The notes beneath the pieces are model-generated. The model saw only the letters and a list, made by a program, of their open reading frames with translations, was not told where the DNA came from and made no database searches. DNA of 64,000 nucleotides. It comes from Cirrosporium novae-zelandiae. Taxonomy: Eukaryota. The stretch is from assembly GCA_026023565.1 (NCBI GenBank), contig JAPETS010000030.1:248001-312000 (forward strand), read 5' to 3'. This document shows positions 54,512-64,000 of the stretch, one piece after another. The first letter of the stretch is position 1; every line of letters begins with the position of its first letter. The position numbers and the translations under genes are program-made.

Positions 54512-55348
54512 TTACCCCACACTCCCATCCCATTCAAACTGCGGACAAACAACCATCCCCTTCTCCCCCCCCTCCCCCGTCGTCCTCACCTCAAACATCT
54601 TATCCTCGGCCTTCATCCCCCACTCCCAAACCACCCCCTCATACCCGGCCGTCCAACTCGCCAGTGAAAAGGACCACCTCGCATCTGCATACCTTTGTTG
54701 CTGCATGAAGCACAGCCCCCTCTGAAACTGCGCCTTCCCAATTAGCTCAAACAAATTATACCTGGTCGCAAGCTTAAGCGCCTGCTGAGCCAGGTCAAGA
54801 GCCCGTTGCAAGTTCTCCGAATCCGACGCCGTGCGAAAGATCGTCGAGGCTAGCAGCAGTGATTCTATACGCATTGGGTGCGGAAGTCGCTGTACTTTCT
54901 TAAGAGCATCAAGGGCATTCAAAGCCGCCTGCGGTTTCCCCTCTTTGTAAGCGGCCTCCGCATTCCCAAGCATTTCGCGTGTCAGGGGCGTGGACAGCCA
55001 GTCCCCATGCAGCCAGTATGAATCCGGGAGTATGCGGACGGAGGAGCGCATTTTGTGGGTTTCGGCGAAATTGAGGGCCGAGTGAAAGGCGTTGTCGGGG
55101 GAGGCGGGGCGGGGCGTGTGAGGGGGATTGGTGCTGGCGGAGGGTTGGTAGGTCGAGGCGAGGGAGTCTAGCTCGGCACGGGATTGGTCTAGCAGCAGGT
55201 GCAGGTGGTTTAGCTGGGAGAGGAGCTCTTGGATTGCGGATTTTGTGAGCGCGAGTTCGGAGCGTAGCGTGTTGCGTTCGTGGATTAGGGAGGTGATGCC
55301 TTCGGTTAGGGTTGTGTTGGTGGTAGGAGGTGTTGCTGCTTCGGACAT
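54512..55348 (-). CDS. Hypothetical protein: N-terminal coiled coil plus C-terminal TPR-like helices
   Basis: 278 aa open frame; heptad repeat; GKAQFQRGLCFMQQQRYADARWSF. Confidence 0.7.
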   Translation of the reverse strand: MSEAATPPTTNTTLTEGITSLIHERNTLRSELALTKSAIQELLSQLNHLHLLLDQSRAELDSLASTYQPSASTNPPHTPRPASPDNAFHSALNFAETHKMRSSVRILPDSYWLHGDWLSTPLTREMLGNAEAAYKEGKPQAALNALDALKKVQRLPHPMRIESLLLASTIFRTASDSENLQRALDLAQQALKLATRYNLFELIGKAQFQRGLCFMQQQRYADARWSFSLASWTAGYEGVVWEWGMKAEDKMFEVRTTGEGGEKGMVVCPQFEWDGSVG

Positions 55349-55935
55349 CTTTGCTGGGGAGGGGCGGTTTCTTTTTTTTTCTCTGTAAATCGGAGCAGGT
55401 TGGATATGTGTATTATCTTTCTGTGTCCTTCTATGGTGATGAAATCTTCCCTCAACCCTTCAATCGAAACGTTTTAACCTCTCTACAAATCTCAGGAACC
55501 TCATGCTCCTCCAACAAACAACAAAGAAACAAAGAAACAAAAAACTCCATTTGAATTGACACACCTTTGTTTCCAAGAAACTCCCATTACATGATTTCCA
55601 AATCCGGAACCTACCACCATCACCAAACCCTGAAAAAAAAAACTGTTTGTGTGTTTTCTTCACAACAAAGGAATCTAGGTATCAACTCAAATGCGGAAAT
55701 GGATAACTCTCGGCCTTAGCTGAGGTGCTCAGGGTAGCGAAAAGAGAAATAATTCCACACGCTTATCTTATAGAGAGAGATTCTTTTATAACACATAAAA
55801 TATTGTTATAAAAACGTTTGGTTTGGTTCTTTTGTCTGAAATATCATGAACATGTCATCCCCGGTCACTACTTACTTGACCCTCGATTATAGCCACCACT
55901 CCCGTCACCACCAATATCACCACCAACAAACAAAA

Positions 55936-57742
55936 ATGTCCGAAAAAAGCCCCAAATCAAAATCAACTCCCGAAAAAGATGATCCCAACCAAAGCAGATT
56001 TTACTTCCAGGTATCTAACCACCCCACGTTCAAAATAATCCATGGATGGAACCAACAGGATGTCCTCGAATTCAACCAGCACCTCAGCAATTCCTGGAAC
56101 GTGGTTCCCACGTCCGGAGTAGGGCTACTATGTGGCGTCAACGCCCTCCAAATTTCACTTCAGAATTACCTCACGTATTCCGGCCTGGGATACTTAACAG
56201 GAGGGATAGACCTGCTGAAAATCTATCGTTCAAAGGAGTTTAGAGAGTATAAACTGGAATTTGATTTGGTTATCGAGGGGAATAGCAGGGGTCTGGAGGG
56301 GCGGGAACAGGAGGAGACCGAGGGAAATCTGAATGCAGATTCGTTGGGGATCTTACTCCGTTTAATCGCCGGACTTCTTACGGATCTTTTCACAAAAGTC
56401 GGAGGGTACAAAAAAGAAGATGGGGCGGTAACATTTCAGCTAGGAGTGGCTATGAGGACGGACCAGAGCGGATATTACAAGATCTGGAAGCACAGTATTG
56501 CTGACGACAGTTTGAATGTTCGGGTGATATGGGTCGTCAATGATGGCTCGCAGGACGAGGCTGGAGGTGTTCTGGGGCATTGGTCTGGAATGGCGCCGTC
56601 TTCTTTACAGATTCCCACCCCGACGGTGCCGGATTGGTTTCGGGATCGTGGAAGGTTGTGGGAGGAATTGGCTGAGGAAGTCAGTTTGGATGATGGAGGG
56701 CCGGATGGAGAGGAAGGCGAGAATCATAGAGATGGATCAAAGGACGGGAAATCAAAATCGAAGCAAGAAGAAAAAGTAGAGGAGAAAGAAAAAGAAAGAG
56801 AGGTAATAGTAATGGGATCGGAGGATGAAGAATCGAGCAGAGAAGAATCCGATGAAGAAGAAACGGACGGAGGAGAATCGAACGAAGAAGAACAAGAGCA
56901 AGAAGAAGGACAAGAACAAGGACAGGCAGCAGGACAAGTAGAGAAAGAAGAACCAAAACGAAACAGTCTGGACTTCCTAAACCCTGACATAGCAAACTCC
57001 CCCAAACCCACCGAAAACGACTGCGGTAAGCCCCAATTCCAATCCTAAAAACCCCCAAAACCCTTCTCCTCCACTAACTCTCCCTCCCCTAGAAACATTC
57101 ACCGCCTACGACCCGACCTACGGCCGCATCGCCATCCGGCTACGCATGATGCAAGCGCATCAATGGATAAGCAAGCGCTATTTCAAAAACGCCACCGACT
57201 GCGTGCGGCACGCCTCCACCATCGCAACCGTCATCTCAGACCCCTCCATGCAAGCAAAATGCCATTTCTGGCTCGCCTTCATCCACCTCCACCAGGGCCG
57301 ATGGGACGACGCGCTCACGGAGATCGGCAAAACCACAGAGCTAGGCAAGGAGTACGAGGGGGAGTTTGTGGCGAAGATCCGTGAGGGCTTAAGACGTGTC
57401 AGGAAGGATCCAGCGACGGCAGGGTACGAGTTTCCTATGTATTCGACAGCGCCGTGTCCAGATGATGTTGGTGGTGATAGGGTTCCAACTATTTTCGAGC
57501 CGTCGGAAAGGCGGAAATCGAGCTTGAAATTGAGGTTTCCAAATAATAAGGGGGAGGAACACCCCTCCTCCTCCTCGGACAAAGGCAAGGCGAAGAGTAG
57601 GAAAAATGTCCGTATCAGTGAAAATAAGAGTCAGTACAAACCTGGACAGACTATTCCGATCGGGGGAAGCCACAATATCAAGCTTAGCGGTATTCAAGAT
57701 ATCTCCTCGCATCTTGGAAACGCGGTGAAGGGGGGGTCCTAG
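55936..57742 (+). CDS. Hypothetical protein: putative OTU-like Cys/His protease domain, acidic linker, TPR-like helices; intron 57026-57092
   Basis: GTAAGC..CTAAC..TAG intron joins the 400 aa and 198 aa ORFs in frame; motifs VVPTSGVGLLCGVNAL, IWVVND..GHWSGM and AKCHFWLA. The start could also be 55846. Confidence 0.7.
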
Positions 57743-58016
57743 TCTTAGGGAGAGAAAAAGAAGGGGATAAAAGGAATAAATTAACTGCAAAAGAATAAAA
57801 ACAATGAAAAACACTTACAGTAAAAAACCTAAAAGCTCCTCCATAAAGCTAAGCTAATTAACAAACCGTGAGTAGGGTAAGAGCAAAAACAAGAATCAGA
57901 ACAAGAAATCTTTCTTTCTGTAAAATAGTCTATTCTGCACACCTAGGATAAAATTCTACTATACCCTATTTATATAAAAAAAAAGCTAAACCCCCCTCTC
58001 AATAAAATTATCTTGT

Positions 58017-59514
58017 TTAAAAAACAGGTCTATCCCACACAACACTGGAAACCCACACAGCCCCGAAACTCATAATCAAGGCCATGAGTAGGTTTACGGC
58101 GTTGTTGTCTAGAATCCCTAGTCCGCTTTCGATTTTTCGGCTTGAAGACATGGGGGTGGAGGTGGTGAGTTTGGGTTCCACGGCTGATGCTGGTGCTGGG
58201 ACTTGTTTCGACGATCGTAGTTTCATTCCAGAGGCAGGTTGGGAGGATCCTGTGGTGGTGATGGTGGTGGTGGTGGTTGGGTTTCCTTGTTGTGTCTTCT
58301 TCTTCTCGGATACGACCAAGACCTATATTGTAAAAAGAAAAGAAAAAAGAAGTTAGTAAATGAACCGACAATCCCCTCCCTCTAAAAGAATGAAGACAAA
58401 AAAAAAAGACCAACCTTCCCCCCCCCCATCCCCTCAACAATCTTCCCCGTCCTCAAATCTACAACACTAGCCTGCAACCACCCCCCCAAAACGCTATCCA
58501 ACACACTCCCCAGCCCGCCCCAAAGCGTAACCACCGCCACCCAAACAAGCCGATCCTTGATGGACCAAACCTCCCATTTCGTGACCGGGGAATTTTGGGG
58601 TTGGCAGAAGGGGATGGTGATTGCGGAGGTGACGGCGATGATGAAGGCGCCGAGGAAACCGGCTAGGAGGCCGTAGAGGGTGACGCCGCCGTTTGTGCCG
58701 GGGGGCACGGGGCGGAGGCGGGTGGATGTTATCAGGCGCGGTTTGCTGCGGGAGAGGATTCCGAGCTCGGAGGAGAAGGTGTCGGCGGAGACGGCGGCGT
58801 AGTTTCTGTGGGGTTGGAAACGGTAAGTCTTTGTTTAGCTAGTTGCTCATTGTTGGAACATTATTGCGGTGGAGATAATGGTGGGGGAGAAGGAGGGGTG
58901 ATGGTGGTGGCTTGTGAGGGGGGATTTTGATCTTTGATCTTGAATATCCTCGGTGATCTACAAAGTACTAACGCGACAATCCCAACCATCAACGGATCCC
59001 TCCCATATCTCCAACAATCAATCCCGAAGCTATTTCTTTCTATACATTGTAGCACATGCAGCACGATGAGGATGGAGGCGGGGAGGGAATTGGCAAGGAC
59101 CTGGATATAGTTTCGTGCGCTCTCGCCGCCGCCTGAGGAGGAGGGGTTGCCGGTCGCGGAGAGGGTCAGTTTGGATTTGATGTCATGTTTAACCTATTTT
59201 TTTTTTAGACCAAAGAAAAAAATTAGGATTGCTTTCGAAAGTACAAAACAATGATAGGTGTAAAAAAAAATTTATTTTTTATTTTTCTATCTTCTTGAAA
59301 GAGGGGTGTTTTTTTTTTTGGACTGTACCTTTGTGACAGCGGTCCCTGCGAGGAAAAAGACACCTAGCAAGGCGAAGGGCGCGCTCCATGGGTGGAGGGA
59401 GTGCACAAGGGCCGTGACCACGGCGGCGGCAATTCCAGCGGGGGTGAGGGATTTGTGAGACCAGGCTCGATAGACCAGGGCCAACGTCGCTGGGATAGAG
59501 ATCAGAAGACGCAT
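58017..59514 (-). CDS. DUF92/TMEM19 family membrane protein, multi-exon
   Basis: KSLTPAG, R..IQVLANS, YAAVSADTFSSELGILS, VPPGTNGGVT..GL, GSVLDSVLG, LDNNAVNLL. Confidence 0.9.
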
Positions 59515-59918
59515 GGTTCTAACTGGTAAACTATCAAATGACCTTTTTGTTTTAACAGAATGTAAAAGTGAGAAGGTGGAAGAAAAAAAACGAGAGATCG
59601 GTTGGAATATCTATGTGGTTGTTTGGAATATTTACCGGCGCCTCTTGCGCCCCCTTCGGGCCTTCCGAGGCTTCGGAATGTGTTAGTACCCAGGCCAGGC
59701 CTTGGAAAGTTTCGGGTGTGCCTTTACGGATAGATACGACATGTAAAGTTAATATTCATATAGTTCGAGTACATTTAAATCCATAGGAGATAGCGATTTT
59801 TTTAATTCCAGTGCTGTGTGTAATCAAGCTGTAAATCTTCTATTCATTCCCGACCCAAAACATATTTTGTGCAACAACCCCGAAATCCCTCCCAACCAGT
59901 CGCAACGTCAATTTCTAC

Positions 59919-60746
59919 CTAGTCGTTCTGCATCAAACTCGTATTCTTAGGACTTATACTGCCGGAACTTTCTATTCCATTGTCGACCGCCTCAGTAATC
60001 CGAGCAGGTGAGCTTTTATGACGAAGACGATGTGATCTTGGGATCCAATCAGGGTCTTCTCTTAACATTCCCCCAAGTGTTTCAGATGCTCTCCTGAGGA
60101 CATAATCCATGGGATTGTTGCAGTTAGTCGAGCTATCTTGCTGCTGGTCACTTATAGAAATCTGTTCGGGAGGAGCATCGTAAAGGGGGAACGTTGGGAC
60201 ATACGGGGAGTATAAAAAATATGAGCCGCCAAAGGATGGATCCAATGGGCTATACTGCTGCTCTGGGTAAAGCCATGGATCTTGTGAAACAGCGCTGAGA
60301 GGCGTATAAGGCATACTATAGATTGGTGTATGAACGCCTAGGCTCATGCCTTGCATTTGGGACTCTATCGTAGCCAGGTTCTGGAAGGGAGAGATTGGGG
60401 GGGGGAAGGGACTTTGGAGTGTATTGTAGTTCCAGCTATTTGCAGCCTGCAACTCGGATTCGACCCGCCTTAGATTACTCCTAGTAGCTCTTTGAGATTT
60501 ATCACAAAGCTTTAAGCGTCGCCGCATTGATGAACATTTCTTCTTCAGCTGCCTTTCCATAGTAGGCGATAACCCTTTTCCTAGTTTGGATTCAGACTGG
60601 TAGAGCTGGTTGAGCGCAACCTTAGTTTCCTGTTCTGACTGCCGAATGATACCAAATAGGTATTCCTGCTCCTGCCTAAGAGTTTGAATGTTCCTTGCGG
60701 TGAAAGATGACAAGTTAGGCCCCGGCCAATCTCCTGAAGCCATCAT
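59919..60746 (-). CDS. Hypothetical protein (coiled coil plus Pro/Ser-rich region); may have an upstream exon
   Basis: 275 aa open frame with a branch-site-like CTAAC..TAG immediately upstream. Confidence 0.6.
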   Translation of the reverse strand: MMASGDWPGPNLSSFTARNIQTLRQEQEYLFGIIRQSEQETKVALNQLYQSESKLGKGLSPTMERQLKKKCSSMRRRLKLCDKSQRATRSNLRRVESELQAANSWNYNTLQSPFPPPISPFQNLATIESQMQGMSLGVHTPIYSMPYTPLSAVSQDPWLYPEQQYSPLDPSFGGSYFLYSPYVPTFPLYDAPPEQISISDQQQDSSTNCNNPMDYVLRRASETLGGMLREDPDWIPRSHRLRHKSSPARITEAVDNGIESSGSISPKNTSLMQND

Positions 60747-61538
60747 AGACTATGAGTTAGTCTTAATATTGTAGAGATATCACAACGGGGCAATAACTAT
60801 TGATTCCAGGCTCCAAGCTTGGGGCTGTCGTGTTGAGTTAGCATATATTATGCCTATTTTCGTAGACCTGATGGTGGGTAAGGATGTAGGGCCTCATAAA
60901 AGTACTCCAGCAGCTTAGCAAAGACTAGGCAATCTTTTTGACCAAATAGCTCCAAGATAAAATAGTTGTTTCCTCTGAAATATATCTGGGTCTGCTCAGG
61001 TCATGCTCTACAAGTCCAACTGAACATTTAAAAGGGGAGGGGACATGAATAAGAAAGGTCCTAAGAATAATGCCTTGCTCTGGGGCAGTCTGAGTGCTTT
61101 GAGCCTGTGGCAGAAGCCTAACACCTTAGTGCCTATTGGCGGAGTCTGGAGAAAAGCCTTTTAAAGAAATTCTTGGAAATCTTGTCGCGTGTGGTATTAT
61201 AGACAAAGGAAATACACTCCAAGTAGCAACGGATGCACTAACTTCGGAAATCCTAACAAAGACCACATCGTAGCCAAAGTGCCAGAAAGCATGGTTCATT
61301 GGTCACTAGCGATATTTCCCAATGTACTAGACTTATTAATACGTCATAAATAATTAGAATAGTCTTTCTCAAAAAGAAAAGAAGAACAATGGCTTTTTTG
61401 GCTTTTCAAGTCTCCATAGTTTTGGCAACCAGCCCGACTTACCTCAAGATGCTGAGAATCCAAGGTTTCTAGAACCAGAGAAGGCTACGCCATTGCAAGA
61501 CTAAGATGTAATCCATAGAGAACTCGTATACTGAATAG

Positions 61539-62780
61539 TCAGATGTTAAATCCTCCATGTTCTGCCACCTCGCAGAATCTCCAGAGGCCGGCAGTTTCAG
61601 CAGCTTTCCGCACTTGTGAAATTTCCTCATCAGTAATTGCCCGGTTCATTTCAGAATATCGCACATCGCGGGTAGATCGAATGCCACTAGACTCAACGTC
61701 TAATCCGTCCTGAGACCCAGCTTTTGCGGAGGTAGAAGATCTCCTGGGTTTTCCAACATGCGCCGCGGGGCGGTATTGCTCCATAATATGAATATATGTG
61801 TCCACAGAAATATTCTCTGCCAGCCATTTTACGATTTCTTGGCCTTCATCTTCCATGCCGGGCATGACTAGATGCCGTACTAGGAGTCCTTTTTTAGCAA
61901 TTCCATCTCCAGTAAAGCAGAGATCCCCGACTTGAGCATGCATAGCTTTGATACTTTGCATGGCCACTGCCGTGTAATTATTTGCCTTTAGCAATCTCTT
62001 CGACGTACTATCCTTCCATACTTTGAAATCGGGAAGGTAGATATCGATCAATCCATCGAGGAGTTCGAGGGATTCAAGGGAATCATAAGCAGAGCTGTTG
62101 TATATGATCGGAAGTCGCAGTCCGAGATCTCGGGCATGAAGGATCGATAGAGCGACTTGAGGAACGACATGTTCTGGGGTAACTAGAATCTAATAAGTTA
62201 GCTGTCACCTAGATTAACACCATCATTTGTTGCTGTGCCCAATCGTCCAAGACCAGCTAATTGATAATCAAGACTGCGACAAAGGCGCGCTCTCACTTAA
62301 ATTGATATTGTGTACATTCCCCACTTCTTGTAATTTCATATACCAATCAGCAAGTTCCTCTGGTGTTAAGTCAAAGCCACTCCGTTGATGTGCAATGTCA
62401 TGGTTCTGGCAGAAAACGCAGCGCAAATTGCAGCCACTGAAAAATACAGAACCAGAGCCTGTATGCCCTTGGATACAAGGCTCTTCTCCGAAATGAGGAG
62501 CAATCACGCTGACCTTTACCGTCTCTGCTCCAATAAGACAATGACCAGTCTTCTCGTATCGGTTGACGCCGCAGAGTCGTGGACAAAGGTTGCAATTTCG
62601 CAGATGAGCATAGGCCGCCGATCGCTTCTTCGCAGCATCCACAGCAGACACGAGATGGTACCGTGGAAAGTAATCATCAAGCAAAAATGGGGGTGCCAAC
62701 CGTAGAGACCTCCTTGGAGTTTTGGGCAGCTTGAAGAATTGGAGCCTACTAGTAGAGGGGTTCCGCAGGACAGAAAACAT
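61539..62780 (-). CDS. PflX-like radical SAM Fe-S protein; intron ~62185-62297
   Basis: CNLCPRLCGVNR, HFGEEPCI, FFSGCNLRCVFCQN (CxxxCxxC), NINL|VTP, IDIYLPDFK, LLVRHLVMPG, QYRP. Confidence 0.9.
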
Positions 62781-63315
62781 GACTTCACATCATTATCAAG
62801 TGTGTACACAGTATGTATGAAAAGGCTCAAGAAATAAATGTAAATTCATCGGAGTTTATTTGAATTAAAACGAATTCATTTCGCTCAACAGCTTGATATT
62901 TGAGACGTCATATATGATGGGCTCGTGGGGCTCCTCTAGTACCGGCCACCACATATCTAACCCCCTAGCCTTTCTGAAACTTACATTTCAAGAGAACTCG
63001 TTCTAAATGTGTTTGTAACACAACATCAATTAATACTTCGGGAAAACGATAGAAAATTATATTTGAAATTCAACGCTTTTCTATCGTGTTATGTCTAGCG
63101 TAATTGAGACGGGATTTATTTTTATTTTTCATCCTTTGGATAATCATCTATGGCTACTAAAATGCTGGACTCCATTTTATCTTGCCTGTTGAAGTGTCCC
63201 AAAACTTACCCCTTATAAATAATGACTATCCAAGTCTGCTTTCACCTTTTTGCATCAAATATGTCATAAACTCCATAATCCAGCCATTCATCTCTTATAT
63301 AGGGTAGATAATATC

Positions 63316-64000
63316 CTACCTCTCACTCTCCCCCTTTACGCCGTCCAATATCACTTTTCTAATGCCCCATAGACCTAGTTTCTTTTCAACTGCTACAAAT
63401 CTTCTCTCCTTCTTTTCCAGACCGACAAATTCCTGTGGTAATATTTTCTCGAAACTAAAACCTTGCTCTTCCTTCAGAGCTAGTTCTACTGCCGATGAAA
63501 ATTTTGCAGGGTGAGCTGTGCTGAGTGAGATATGTGCATCATTTGGATGCGATTTAATTGACCTCAAGGATGCAGCTACACCGACAGCGCTATGTGGATC
63601 GAGTACATAATGCTCAGGGGTATTATGATAGACGTGCTTGATGGTCTCCAAGGTCTCGGGATCCGACACTCTCTCACTTGAAAAATTGCGCTTCCCCCCC
63701 TCAAGGAGAGAGGTAGGAACGGCGAAGGAACCTGCTGACTTTAGGGAGGCGAACCAAGAGTTTATTTGTTTACCAGCATGTGCACGGGCATCATGAGTAC
63801 TTGAAGAGTTTGAAAGGGCGGATTCGTAGGAAAGGATCCAGAGGAGGCGCTCGAAATTGCTGCTAACTCTGTATTTTCTCGTTAGCTCATTTTTATAGGT
63901 GAAATGTGTCATGGAACTAACAATATATCCATTGCCGGGCTAAGGGTGCTTATAACAGCATCTGGGGTTGCCAAGCTTCCATCCGCTGGAAGACCTTTGT
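63316..64000 (-). CDS. THR4: Threonine synthase, 3' portion (truncated by the window edge)
   Basis: SPAMDIL|VSSNFERLLW, LDPHSAVG, LSTAHPAKF. Confidence 0.92.

Overview
Gene-dense region of a filamentous ascomycete (Pezizomycotina) nuclear genome, with short GT(GC)-AG introns and CTRAC/CTAAC branch sites. Housekeeping genes recognised: RNase H2 subunit C, REX4, ESF1, GID8-like, URK1, NDUFS4, ATP17, ESA1, EF-hand NDH-2, CEF1, NOP53, SCC2, tubulin cofactor D, LEU5-like carrier, TMEM19-like, PflX-like radical SAM and THR4. There is also a spliced phenolic acid decarboxylase that the ORF track fragments, a GMC oxidoreductase and tRNA-Arg(UCU). Features the ORF track does not show: a complete 5S rRNA gene inside an ESA1 intron, two box C/D snoRNAs in consecutive introns of the GID8-like gene, a structured ESF1 intron, a MITE-like element and two decaying genes at the left end. 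A head-to-head pair of TPR-like genes is also present, one carrying a putative OTU-like Cys/His protease domain. All family assignments and rRNA target numbers are from recalled motifs, not database searches.
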